The position numbers and the translations under genes are program-made. The notes beneath the pieces are model-generated. The model was not told the origin of the DNA. It searched no databases and was given only the letters and a program-made list of their open reading frames with translations. DNA of 64,000 bases from an uncultured virus (IMG/VR IMGVR_UViG_3300033175_000345) (taxonomy: Duplodnaviria; Heunggongvirae; Uroviricota; Caudoviricetes). Shown piece by piece: positions 46,704 to 56,664 of this stretch (position 1 is its first letter; each line of letters opens with the position of its first letter). Location: the IMG/VR virus record IMGVR_UViG_3300033175_000345, one strand, 5' to 3'.

Positions 46704-46715
46704 AGCCAATTTAAA
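46704..46715 (+). repeat. Candidate attR core AGCCAATTTAAA
   Basis: Exact copy of 122-133, 100 bp after the last tail gene; flanked by an imperfect inverted repeat (46694-46703/46716-46725). Confidence 0.65.
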
Positions 46716-46975
46716 TAGAGAGCACGTCTAAACTTCATCGACCCTTTTGCGACCTGCCGCCCATTCCGGCAGGAAGGGTTCCACCCGACAGTCCCTCCCT
46801 TCACCGTCGCCATTTGCTCCTCGTCCCGAACAAAGGGAGCCGTGCTTCCGGCCTGGCTCTATGTCAGACGAGAGCGGATTTCACCCGGTCTCCGACTCCT
46901 GGCGGCTTCTGCAGGCCGCCATAGAGTTTACTCGGTTATATTCGGTCAAAGAGGTAAAATAAAGGGACAAACTGC

Positions 46976-47003
46976 TTGACAGTGCACCTCCGTCTGATAT
47001 ATT
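46976..47003 (+). promoter_or_regulatory. Sigma70 promoter of the defence operon
   Basis: TTGACA-16 bp-TATATT with an extended TGn. Confidence 0.6.
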
Positions 47004-47127
47004 GTAACCCTGTTTATCCCGTTTTATTGGGATGCAAGCGACGAGGATTGGAACGTGGGACACCGATTAATTAAGAGAAAGAGGCTGTTGGGAGGCAACC
47101 GATGAAGCCAACAGTGAGCGGGGTCGA

Positions 47128-47349
47128 ATGATGGAAGACCGATGGCTCTCCGTGGATGAGATTGCTGACCATCTCGGCATCAAGCGGGATACGGTCTACA
47201 AGTGGATTAGCGAACGGCAGATGCCGGGCCACAAGATCGGTCGGCTCTGGAAGTTCGACAGAAAAGAAGTGGACGCATGGGTGAAATCCGGCGCAGCCGG
47301 CGAAAAGGACAATGAAGACCCCAACCCGACAAAGGACAGGTCGAGATAA
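47128..47349 (+). CDS. Excisionase-like HTH DNA-binding protein
   Basis: WLSVDEIADHLGIKRDTVYKWI...MPGHKIGRLWKF. Confidence 0.9.
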   Translation: MMEDRWLSVDEIADHLGIKRDTVYKWISERQMPGHKIGRLWKFDRKEVDAWVKSGAAGEKDNEDPNPTKDRSR

Positions 47350-47351
47350 AG

Positions 47352-48506
47352 ATGCCGGATACAGGGAACAAAGGTCATCGACAACGATTAAGGGGTCGCT
47401 TCGCGAGCGGCGAGGAAAGTTCCCGCTCAGAGGAAGCCCTACTGGAGCTTCTGCTGACCTATGCAATCCCGCAAAAGGATGTTCAGCCCCTTGCCGCGCG
47501 CCTGCTTTTGGAACACGGCAGCCTTTCTTCCCTGCTGGAAGCTCCGATGGAAACGCTCTGCCAGTCCGATGGCATCAAGGAAAACAGCGCGGTCCTTCTT
47601 AAGCTGGTTGACTGGATTCGTCAGCATCATGGCCTCAAGCAGCCTGCTAAAGAGACGACCAAACCACTGAAGCAAGCCACGCTGTTCGAGACTATTCCCT
47701 CGAAGTTCAATCAGGCGCCTTCGGCGGTCGCTGAACCGCGCCGGGAAAAGGTAATCCAGAGGTACGGCACGGAGATGTTCGGCAAGGCCGTGCTCAAGGA
47801 GGCCATTCAAATCCTTCCCAGCCTTCCGGATAGCGAGTCGCTGGACGAAATACGCTCCTTCCTCCGCGCCAAGCTCCATTTCAGCGCGGAACAGACCCGG
47901 CACCGATATGCCAATTACATCACACGCAGGATATTCCCGGAAGGCTATGCAGACGCCCCTTTGCGTTTATTCGCCAAGGCTTTCCCGGATGCACAGGAAC
48001 TTCGGGATGTCTGCTTCTACCGTTTCCTTCTCTCGGAGCCGCTCGAGGTGGAGATGATCGAGGACCTTATCCTTCCCAATCTCGGCACCGGCCGATTGAG
48101 TCGTGAGCGCATACGAAAACGCCTTGCCGAAAAGTTTCCCGAGGCCAAAAGTATCGTTGATTGCGGTAAGGCCATCGTGGATGCCCTTACCGCGGGAGGG
48201 ATTGCCAAGGCCGACCGGACTAAGATCAGCTTTGCCTATCGGGATATTCCGGTGACATCCTTCGCTTTTGTTCTTCACAGCGAGTTCCCGGAACCGGGCA
48301 TGTACGACATCCGCAAGCTCGATGAGAATCGCATGATTCGGGCCATGCTCTGGAACCCGGAACGGCTCCTCCATGCCCTTTATGAGCTGCGCAACCAGGG
48401 GCTCATCAGCAAGATTTCGGAAATCGATAACATTCGCCAGTTCACGACCAAACACACGCTCGCCGGAGTGGTCGAGCAGATCGTCTCCGGAGGGAAAAAG
48501 CCATGA
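47352..48506 (+). CDS. RadC N-terminal HhH domain fused to a BrxA-like region
   Basis: GHRQRLRGRF...LLELLLTYAIPQKDV...GSL...DGI matches the RadC N-terminus; the BrxA-like call rests on a helical/wHTH-like C-terminus and position. Confidence 0.6.
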   Translation: MPDTGNKGHRQRLRGRFASGEESSRSEEALLELLLTYAIPQKDVQPLAARLLLEHGSLSSLLEAPMETLCQSDGIKENSAVLLKLVDWIRQHHGLKQPAKETTKPLKQATLFETIPSKFNQAPSAVAEPRREKVIQRYGTEMFGKAVLKEAIQILPSLPDSESLDEIRSFLRAKLHFSAEQTRHRYANYITRRIFPEGYADAPLRLFAKAFPDAQELRDVCFYRFLLSEPLEVEMIEDLILPNLGTGRLSRERIRKRLAEKFPEAKSIVDCGKAIVDALTAGGIAKADRTKISFAYRDIPVTSFAFVLHSEFPEPGMYDIRKLDENRMIRAMLWNPERLLHALYELRNQGLISKISEIDNIRQFTTKHTLAGVVEQIVSGGKKP

Positions 48507-49027
48507 AGTCCACCGAGATCATAGAAGCCATTCGTCAGAAGCTCACGGTTCCCGGTGGGCGGCACCTATATGGCGTTCTGGGCACCTACACTCAACTCAA
48601 CGGGTTCGCCAAGAAACTGACTCAGGCCAAGACCACCGACGGCGATCCTTTTCCCAAACCTGTCAACGTAAACCGTGGCATCCTGGATGCCATCCCGGAT
48701 GACGAGTTCAAACAGCTTGCTGAAAACGAAGCCAAGCGTCCTGAACCCACGGCAGCGCATGTGGCCAGGGCCTTCGAGCGGTTCCTGCGCGCGAATCTCA
48801 CCGGCAAGGGAATCCTCGTCTTGTCCAATCTGGAGATGCTCTTTGCCTATCACATCGAGCTGAATCTCTTACGAACCATGGCGGCGGACGAGGACCGGGT
48901 GCTGCTTTTCTTGCCCGGCCGGAGGTCGCGCGGTCGGATCATCATGTTTCATGAAATGGACGAGGGCGACTACACGCTGCCCACGAACCTGATAGCTGAA
49001 AACCATCTGTGGGAGATTAGGGAATAG
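48503..49027 (+). CDS. BrxB/BrxF-like small degenerate P-loop protein
   Basis: VNVN, LVLSNLEMLF (BrxF-like), VLLFLPG...G-x-I-x-x-F (BrxB-like); 174 aa in a BREX operon. Confidence 0.6.
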   Translation: MKSTEIIEAIRQKLTVPGGRHLYGVLGTYTQLNGFAKKLTQAKTTDGDPFPKPVNVNRGILDAIPDDEFKQLAENEAKRPEPTAAHVARAFERFLRANLTGKGILVLSNLEMLFAYHIELNLLRTMAADEDRVLLFLPGRRSRGRIIMFHEMDEGDYTLPTNLIAENHLWEIRE

Positions 49028-49029
49028 CC

Positions 49030-51504
49030 ATGGCCAGAAAATACGATCCGCAAGCTGGAAGCCTCTTCAGGAAGGAAGCCCCAAAGATGCCGGAGGGTTA
49101 CTATTCCGGCGATCAACCGAACCCGAACCTGCGGGCGTTCGTCGAGCAGCATATCAAAGAGCGGCCATATGATCCGGAAACAGATATCTACGAAATACAG
49201 CCAATGACTGACGAGCTTCAAGTGGAACGTTCTGAACCTGTCTATGAGATGCACAGTTATTGGTCGAAAAAGCCGCCCTCCGCCATTGATACCTACATAA
49301 AACACTACTCTGAAGTTGGAGATGTAGTACTAGACCCATTCTGTGGTTCAGGTACTACCATGGTTTCGGCTTTACGCCTTGGCAGAAACGCTATTGGTAT
49401 TGATTTAAGCCCAGCAGCGACTTTTATAGCTAGTGGATACGTTTATCCCTTTGACACAAGAGCCGTTGATCGTGCCTTCAAGAAATTTCTCTCCGTTCTG
49501 AGCGATAAATGCGGATATCTATATGACACCCATACCTCGAAAGGCGATGAAGCCACTATTGTCTATATTCGCTGGTCATCTCGACTTCGTTGCCCACGTT
49601 GTATGGAAATAGTCACCGTTCGAGATGCAGTTCAATCTGCGGAACGGAATAGAGTTGACGACGGTCTGGTTTGTCCAGTCTGTGCACAACGCTCTGTTAT
49701 TGAACTCCTATCGTCACGCAGAGGGAAGCTACCTCCCGTTCCAGTTGAAATGCAGGTTATTACCAAAGGGACGCGCCGCAAAGAGATGGTTGCTTTTGAT
49801 GGCAAAGGGCAAGATGGCAAACTCCAGATAAAGGCCGAAGGCATACGAAATGGGATAAATCGGGCGCATATTGAGATTCCTCAGAAAGCGTTAAGCCTTA
49901 GGTTGGGGGCTAATGGGTATAAGCTTGCGAAAGATGCAATCTGGCCACGTGCTTCAGTAGTACTTGATACGGCTTTGACGCTACTTGATGAGTGGAATGA
50001 TCCCATAGAAAGACACTACCTAACGTTTTTACTTTCATCTATGTTGATGAATTTTTCCGTCATGTATTCGGATAGAGATCGCGGTGGCCAACCAACACTT
50101 GGTAGGCTCTCTCCGACACCACTGGCTCGAGAAATCAATCCTCTTCTTGTTTTGAAACGTAAACATGAACGTTTGCTTAAAGGCATTGATAGCAAGAAGT
50201 GTGAAGGGAAATGTCTCATATCTACCCAAAGCGCCACTGACTTGAGTCAGATATCTTCAAATAGTATTGATTACGTGTTCACTGATCCTCCATATGGTGA
50301 CAAGATTGATTTTTGGGAGTTGAACTTACTCTGGGAGGCATGGCTAGGCTTCAACCGAGGATGGGACAAGGAAGAGGTCATTATCAACAAGCATCTCGAC
50401 AAGGGACAAGATGAATGGTTTTCCTTGATGAAAGGTGCATTTGCGGAGATATATCGCGTCCTCAAACCAGGGCGTTGGCTATCTCTGTGTTACCACGACA
50501 CCTCAGAGGGAACGTGGGAAGATGTTAAGGATATCGCCAGCGAGGTAGGTTTTATACCTGACGAGGCGGATAGCGCTGTTACAATTGGTACAGCCGAAAG
50601 CAGAATCCATATCGCAAAACGCGAGGGGATAATTAAGCGCGATATTGTTGTTAATTTCCGTAAGCCCAAACCTGGGGAAACAAAATCTACTATAGCCATT
50701 ACCGGCAACGAAGATAAAACGACCTTTAATGAAAAGGTCCGCCAGATCATCCGCGACTATCTTGATACGAGTCCCGGTTCTACGAAAGACCGCGTTTATG
50801 ACGAGGTCGTCAGCCGGATGGTTCGTACCGGCCAGATGGAGGCCCATGATTTCAACGAACTCCTCGGGCAAGTTGCAGAAGAGGCAAAGATCGAGCGCGG
50901 GAAAAATGGCGGTGGACGATGGTACCTGAAAGAGACCGAGTTGGTAATCGCCGACGCTGCCGAAAACGCACGTGAGGATTCGGCAGCCGAGAAGCTCGGA
51001 GTGTTCATCAAGGGGTTTCTCAAGAAGAACCTCGGAGACGAAGGCGTCCACTACAGCGACCTTTTCGAGCACTACATTTACGCGGTAAAGGACAAGCCGC
51101 GCCGCCAACTGGCCGAGTTCCTGCCCGACTATTTTTACAAAACCGACCAAGGAACCTGGCGACTTCCCGCCTCCGAGGAGGAGGATAAGGCCAAGCGTGA
51201 AGCCCGGGTCAAGGGCCTGGGCCGGAGGGTGAAGCGCTACATCGCCCAGCTCGAACTGGGCGCTATCATTACTGAGCACGAAAGGCCAAACGACGCAACC
51301 ATTGCCGAGTGGATACGCCACTGCAAGCGGGCCGGACTCTACGAGCAGGGCAAGCTCTTGTACGAGAAAGGTGGACTTAATCCCGACAACCTGCCCGAGG
51401 AGGCCATGGTCAACGTCGAGGAAGATTACCAGGTTTGCGCACGCATGATAGCCAGAGGCGCGGTGGATGAAAGCGGTAAGAAGCGGAAACGGAGGGGGGA
51501 ATAA
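49030..51504 (+). CDS. BREX-associated N6/N4 DNA methyltransferase (PglXI-like)
   Basis: HSYWSKKP, VLDPFCGSGTT, GIDLSP, CPRC...CPVC, IDYVFTDPPY, RVLKPG. Confidence 0.85.
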   Translation: MARKYDPQAGSLFRKEAPKMPEGYYSGDQPNPNLRAFVEQHIKERPYDPETDIYEIQPMTDELQVERSEPVYEMHSYWSKKPPSAIDTYIKHYSEVGDVVLDPFCGSGTTMVSALRLGRNAIGIDLSPAATFIASGYVYPFDTRAVDRAFKKFLSVLSDKCGYLYDTHTSKGDEATIVYIRWSSRLRCPRCMEIVTVRDAVQSAERNRVDDGLVCPVCAQRSVIELLSSRRGKLPPVPVEMQVITKGTRRKEMVAFDGKGQDGKLQIKAEGIRNGINRAHIEIPQKALSLRLGANGYKLAKDAIWPRASVVLDTALTLLDEWNDPIERHYLTFLLSSMLMNFSVMYSDRDRGGQPTLGRLSPTPLAREINPLLVLKRKHERLLKGIDSKKCEGKCLISTQSATDLSQISSNSIDYVFTDPPYGDKIDFWELNLLWEAWLGFNRGWDKEEVIINKHLDKGQDEWFSLMKGAFAEIYRVLKPGRWLSLCYHDTSEGTWEDVKDIASEVGFIPDEADSAVTIGTAESRIHIAKREGIIKRDIVVNFRKPKPGETKSTIAITGNEDKTTFNEKVRQIIRDYLDTSPGSTKDRVYDEVVSRMVRTGQMEAHDFNELLGQVAEEAKIERGKNGGGRWYLKETELVIADAAENAREDSAAEKLGVFIKGFLKKNLGDEGVHYSDLFEHYIYAVKDKPRRQLAEFLPDYFYKTDQGTWRLPASEEEDKAKREARVKGLGRRVKRYIAQLELGAIITEHERPNDATIAEWIRHCKRAGLYEQGKLLYEKGGLNPDNLPEEAMVNVEEDYQVCARMIARGAVDESGKKRKRRGE

Positions 51505-51509
51505 CGAGG

Positions 51510-52316
51510 ATGTCGAAGTACGATCCACTGACCGCATTCCTACGGAATCGACCCCAGGAGGAAGAGAAACTCGCGCTCTCCCTGGACGAAATTGAGCGTG
51601 TCTTGGGGACTGACCTTCCCAGAACGGCAAAAATCGACCGCCCGTGGTGGGCCAATACACGCTCGAGCCTGCACGCATTAAGATGGCTCGATGCCGGCTG
51701 GAAGGTGGATAAGGTCGACTTTAAGGCTGGCTATGTAACTTTCATCAGGACTGGTGTGGAAGCTGTCGAATCCAATATCGGCCGGAATCGTTATGAGAAC
51801 TTGCAGCGTTTCTTTAAAAGCGCCCCACCACAGCAGGAACAGATCGCATTGACGTTTAAGGAGTTGGCTGCGGTATTGGGTGGAAAACTACCTGTGACGG
51901 CCTCTCACGATAGACCGTGGTGGGCCAACACAAAATCCAGCCCGCAAGGCTCTTCTTGGATGGCCGCAGGGTGGAAGGTTGAAAGGGTTTATCTCAAGGC
52001 GCAGATCGTGACTTTCAGGCGCAAGGGAGTGAACCCTCTCACAAGCATACCGCGTTACGTTGAAGGCCTCCTTAATGGTTCAACCCATTATGGCCGCCCA
52101 ACGCCGAATACCCTCGCAAGCTGGTTACGGTTTTGTAAGCGCGTGGGGTGGTATTTCGAGGCTACGGTTCTGTATGAACGGGGTGGTCTTAACACAGATA
52201 TGCTCAGTGAAAGTGAATGCGCAGAGGTTGATGAGGACTATGCCGTCTGCAAGCGCGAACTGAGTCGTTACAAGGACGACACAAATGCGATGAAGAAGAG
52301 GAATTGCCATGGCTAA
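51510..52316 (+). CDS. Two tandem DUF7662-like domains plus a C-terminal domain shared with the methyltransferase
   Basis: Two repeats of (S/N)(K/R)Y-x-x-L...LP-x-TA-x-x-DRPWWAN...W-x-x-AGWKV; C-terminal 56 aa are 28/56 identical to the MTase C-terminus. Confidence 0.8.
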   Translation: MSKYDPLTAFLRNRPQEEEKLALSLDEIERVLGTDLPRTAKIDRPWWANTRSSLHALRWLDAGWKVDKVDFKAGYVTFIRTGVEAVESNIGRNRYENLQRFFKSAPPQQEQIALTFKELAAVLGGKLPVTASHDRPWWANTKSSPQGSSWMAAGWKVERVYLKAQIVTFRRKGVNPLTSIPRYVEGLLNGSTHYGRPTPNTLASWLRFCKRVGWYFEATVLYERGGLNTDMLSESECAEVDEDYAVCKRELSRYKDDTNAMKKRNCHG

Positions 52317-55300
52317 TACCGACGATCTTTTTACCGCCAGACAGAACCTGGCCGAGATTTGCACGGTCCCGGACAAGATCATTTCCGTCTATTCCCTGGA
52401 AAAACACGTCTGGGCCGACTCGAACTCCGAAGCCAGCCGCAAAGCCCGCAAGCCGGAGCTGCAGACCATTGAGGAGTTTCAGATCGATCCGGTCAGACCA
52501 TTCCTCACGGATATTCTGCGCAATATGGCAGCCCCCTGGAAGCGTGACCGAAAGGATAATCCGGTTGGTCAGGGCTATTGGATTCAGGCGGAGTTCGGCT
52601 CCGGTAAATCACACCTGCTCTGCTGTCTTTCCGCATTGGCACTTGGACGGAAAGATGCATGGGACATCGTCAAAAAGAAGGAGGACGCCTCCGGCCGCGG
52701 CAAGCGCGAGTCTCTCTACCGTTTCTGGGAGGAGGGTATCGAGGCCAAGAGCGGCAAGGGGACCAAAGGCATCTTTGTCATCGTCAAGACGCTGGTAGGA
52801 GCAGGCAGCGGCACAGTGGGTTTGACCGATAAGGGCCGGCGTCTCTCCGAGTACATTCTGGATGCGGCCAAGGATCAGATACAGGTCGAGCTCGGCAAGA
52901 ACATCTCCTTGTATCCGGTGGAGCTGTTGGCTGATCGCTTCATTACTGAGGACCTGGAGCGCTACCGGAAAGACCTATCCAAATTCCTGCGCGACCCAAA
53001 ATTCTTCGACGAGGATGAATTCGAAGAGGTTGACGACTTTATCCGGACCATCCAGCAGAACAAGACCCCGGAATACAAGCGGAGCTGCGGTAACAAGCTC
53101 TGGCGCTTTTATACCGAATACCTGAAAGTCCAGCCTCAGATCGCCGCAGAGACTGAGGACATCCTCACGCACATGACGGAAACGATCTTGGCCGAGGGGT
53201 ATAGCGGGGTCCTGTTGGTGTTGGACGAGGTGTCCTTGTTCATGAAGAACCGGGACGAGGATCAGCGGACCGACGACGAAAAGACTCTGGTCGTATTGTC
53301 CAACCGGCTGGCGAAAATCCACAACCTGCCCGTGTGGACCGTCTGCGCGGCCCAGCAGGCTATCGAAAGCAAAATGGGGGTCAAGAACATCATTGCCGAT
53401 GACCGGCTGAAGCTGGTGAAGCTGCTCGAAGAGGACAAGGACTATTATGATATCGTTCTGGCGCGCGTCAGAGAAATCAAAGTCCCGGCAGCTATCAGCA
53501 ATTATTACCTCCATTACAAACGAGGATTCACCTGGCCGAACAGCATCGGCGAGACGGACTTCCGCCACTTCTTCCCATTCCACAAGCCTGCCATCGAGGT
53601 GCTACGGGCCATCACGTATGAACTGACCACGACCCGCTCCGCGATCCATTTCATGCATCAGACCCTGAAGCATCAGATCAAGAATAAGGGGCGGGAGCTC
53701 ATCCGCCTATGGGAACTGTTCGACGAGGCTGTTCGGTACGAGGAGGACCCGAGTGGCGTGCATGCCGGGCTGGTGGCCATCAAAACGAAACGGGAGACGG
53801 ACTATCGGGCTTACGAGGCCTGCAAGCGCCAGATCGATGGTCTGACCAAGGGATACTTGAAGGTTCACCGCGACAAGGGCGTCAAGGTCATCCAGACCCT
53901 TTTCCTTTACCACATCGCCCGCACGCGCCAGCAGGGTATCACGCCCGAAGAGATCGCCAACTCGGTGCTCATCGAGCGGGACACCGATGCGAATCCGGAT
54001 GAAAACAACCAGCACTATGAAACCATCGCCGACAACCTCAAAAAAGAACTGCGGCAGATCGTGCAGGCTTTCGATGAGGAGAAGCGACCAAGGTACCGCT
54101 TTGATCCCGTCTTTACCGGGGTCGATCCGAGGGATGAATTCCAGAAGGCCAGAGACGAAGCGGAATCCAATGAAGCCATGCAGAAGGAGGCCTGGGACCA
54201 TCTTCTAGCGCTGGATGAATGGCCCGTGCGCACCCGCCAGATGACTATAGATCTGTCCAGCGGTGTGCGGTCCACGTTCCGGGACATCGCGCCATTTATT
54301 GCGCCGTGGGAGGACAAGGGCGCAGTCCGCTCAGGGGACCAAAACCTGGATGTGGTTTGGCAGGGACGGCAGATCACGGGGCGAGTGGGCATGCGCGATC
54401 TCGGGCGAATGTTTGCGGACAATCAGCCCTTGCCGCCAATCGAAAGCGACCAGACGGATTTTGATTTCGCTGTCTATATTGGCGCACGGCACGTCGCAGA
54501 CACCTCGATTCTCAAACTGATCGAGCGGCGCAAGGACCCTCGCGTTCTTCTCTGGACTCCAGCGGAACTGACCCAGGAAGAACGTGATCGGCTCATCGAT
54601 TTCGCCGCCTACCGCAAACTCATTTCCGACTGGCAAGGCAAGGAAACCGAGGATGCGGTGGCGGTGGTCAACTGGGTTTCCAATGCGCTTCAATCCGATC
54701 TCGCCAAGATCGTGAAGATTGTGGATAACAGCTACGCCCGGGGCCGCGTGGACGCAATGAATAACACCCAAATGGAGTTCCGCGTGGCCGGCGAACTGGC
54801 GGCTATCTTAACGCCGTTGGTAGATCGGGTGCTTACCGCCGCTTATGTGTCCAGGGACATCAAGTTCGATCCGCCCTTCGTATTCCGCAAGGAGGAAGGG
54901 GTCAAAGTGATCAATGGCATCGTCAAGACAGGCCGGATTCCCAAGGGGGCGAAGCCCAATCAGAACATAAGCGCCGCGCAGAACTTCGGCTTCGGCTTGA
55001 ACATCATGAAAAAGAGCGCAGAGAAGGAGCTGGATGTTTCGGGCAACACCTATGTGCATGAAATGTGGGCTTTCGTCGATGACAAGCTGACCGACGACGG
55101 GCAAACCATGAAAATGGACACCCTTTATAAGAACTTCATGGGCATCGGGGGGCCGAAGGACTATGGGCTCACCCGGCGCATGGTTCAGCTTTACATGCTC
55201 TGCCTCGTCCGGGAAGGCCGAGTGCGAGTCACCGTGGGGGCAAAGGCCGGGCTTGCCATCCCCATGCTCGATTACTCCAACATAGCGGAAGTAGAGTTTT

Positions 55301-56652
55301 CGACCAAAGTACTGGATGCATTGGGCGAGATTCAGAAAGTAGCCAAACCCGAGAATTGGGAAGTCTTAAGACCCTATGCGGAAAAACTGCTCGGCATCGA
55401 AATCCCGTCCACTCAGGACGACGCCATTATTTCCGAACACCGGACCAAGCTGCGGCAACTGTTCGCCCAGGAAAGGGAGTCCTTCTCACGGGTAGCGAGC
55501 CGGGCTCAGAGCCTGTTTGACGCACTCAAGTCAACCAACCCGTATGAAGCGGAACTGACGCAGGTCGCGAAACTCTTTGCCGCAAACATCGAGGGCGGCG
55601 ACGACATCCACCTCCTTTTGTACGCCCTCAAAGAGGCCATGGGGTATCAGGCCTTTGATACGAATATGGCGGCACCTGCCGAAGTGGATGATCTTGCCAA
55701 TCGACTGAAAAACTACAAAGACATTCGGGCGTTTCTTGATTACGAGACCGAGCTCAGGACCGCTCATGCCTACTGCGCCATTACCCTTGGGGATCAAAAA
55801 GAACTAAATGAGGCTCGAAAGTCTATCGAAACCGTCCGAACCAAGCTTGGCAACCTGAAGGACTATATTGATTCCGACGTCAAGCTGAAGACTGAACTCG
55901 TGGGACATTTCCCGCCGGTCGAGGGGGAAAAGGACACGATTGCCTCGATGATCCGAGATTACTCATCCGTATACCTGCCGATGCACGAATCCGCGGTGAA
56001 CAAAATTGATGGGAGCCGCAAGAAGATTCTGGATATCATGATGGGAGCCGATATCAAGGCCCTTGAAGTTCTTGACGGTATCACGGCACTCCAACCCGCA
56101 AGCACGGACAAACTGATCGCCCGCCTGACTCAGCTTCGCGCAGAGGTGTTCGAGTGTCCTTCGCCTTCGCGGGCTTCCGTCGAGGATCACCTGCGCAGCG
56201 GCCCGCTACATGAATGCGGCTTGTCGTTTGTGAATGCGTCAACCCATGTGCAAACGGCAGACGGAGCCGCCAGAAAAGCCAGCCAGTTGCTCGACGAGGC
56301 GTTTCGGCGAAAGATGGATGTGTTCATGAATCCTGCGGTGCGGGAACGTCTGGAGCAGGGCAAGTCTGAGCCTGCCATCTCAGGGCTCTTGGCATGTAAG
56401 ACCACCGATGAACTGCGCGCATATTTTATAAAGGCGGTCCAGGAAACGCCTGATCTTGTGGACATCATTAATAAGTACCTCAAGCGCATCGTCGTGAAGC
56501 GGGTCAGAATGGCCGATTTCAGGCCCAAAACAGGCACCATCCAAAAAGATCAGGTTGGGAATGTGGCGGAGGAATTCGGCCGCTTCCTGGAATCACAGTT
56601 CACCGGTAACGAGGGAGACGACGACTCCCTTCCAATGCTTCAGTTGGAATAG
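52309..56652 (+). CDS. brxC: BREX ATPase BrxC/PglY-like
   Basis: AEFGSGKSH Walker A, LLVLDEV Walker B, FPFH motif; 1447 aa, upstream of pglZ. Confidence 0.8.
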   Translation: MANTDDLFTARQNLAEICTVPDKIISVYSLEKHVWADSNSEASRKARKPELQTIEEFQIDPVRPFLTDILRNMAAPWKRDRKDNPVGQGYWIQAEFGSGKSHLLCCLSALALGRKDAWDIVKKKEDASGRGKRESLYRFWEEGIEAKSGKGTKGIFVIVKTLVGAGSGTVGLTDKGRRLSEYILDAAKDQIQVELGKNISLYPVELLADRFITEDLERYRKDLSKFLRDPKFFDEDEFEEVDDFIRTIQQNKTPEYKRSCGNKLWRFYTEYLKVQPQIAAETEDILTHMTETILAEGYSGVLLVLDEVSLFMKNRDEDQRTDDEKTLVVLSNRLAKIHNLPVWTVCAAQQAIESKMGVKNIIADDRLKLVKLLEEDKDYYDIVLARVREIKVPAAISNYYLHYKRGFTWPNSIGETDFRHFFPFHKPAIEVLRAITYELTTTRSAIHFMHQTLKHQIKNKGRELIRLWELFDEAVRYEEDPSGVHAGLVAIKTKRETDYRAYEACKRQIDGLTKGYLKVHRDKGVKVIQTLFLYHIARTRQQGITPEEIANSVLIERDTDANPDENNQHYETIADNLKKELRQIVQAFDEEKRPRYRFDPVFTGVDPRDEFQKARDEAESNEAMQKEAWDHLLALDEWPVRTRQMTIDLSSGVRSTFRDIAPFIAPWEDKGAVRSGDQNLDVVWQGRQITGRVGMRDLGRMFADNQPLPPIESDQTDFDFAVYIGARHVADTSILKLIERRKDPRVLLWTPAELTQEERDRLIDFAAYRKLISDWQGKETEDAVAVVNWVSNALQSDLAKIVKIVDNSYARGRVDAMNNTQMEFRVAGELAAILTPLVDRVLTAAYVSRDIKFDPPFVFRKEEGVKVINGIVKTGRIPKGAKPNQNISAAQNFGFGLNIMKKSAEKELDVSGNTYVHEMWAFVDDKLTDDGQTMKMDTLYKNFMGIGGPKDYGLTRRMVQLYMLCLVREGRVRVTVGAKAGLAIPMLDYSNIAEVEFSTKVLDALGEIQKVAKPENWEVLRPYAEKLLGIEIPSTQDDAIISEHRTKLRQLFAQERESFSRVASRAQSLFDALKSTNPYEAELTQVAKLFAANIEGGDDIHLLLYALKEAMGYQAFDTNMAAPAEVDDLANRLKNYKDIRAFLDYETELRTAHAYCAITLGDQKELNEARKSIETVRTKLGNLKDYIDSDVKLKTELVGHFPPVEGEKDTIASMIRDYSSVYLPMHESAVNKIDGSRKKILDIMMGADIKALEVLDGITALQPASTDKLIARLTQLRAEVFECPSPSRASVEDHLRSGPLHECGLSFVNASTHVQTADGAARKASQLLDEAFRRKMDVFMNPAVRERLEQGKSEPAISGLLACKTTDELRAYFIKAVQETPDLVDIINKYLKRIVVKRVRMADFRPKTGTIQKDQVGNVAEEFGRFLESQFTGNEGDDDSLPMLQLE

Positions 56653-56664
56653 GAGGCTGCGTCG

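Larger units (their letters stand above)
122..46715. mobile_element. Temperate prophage (HK97-type head, siphovirus-type tail) integrated at the tRNA-Asn 3' end
   Basis: Integration, regulation, replication, packaging, head, lysis and tail modules lie between two identical 12-bp repeats. Confidence 0.85.
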
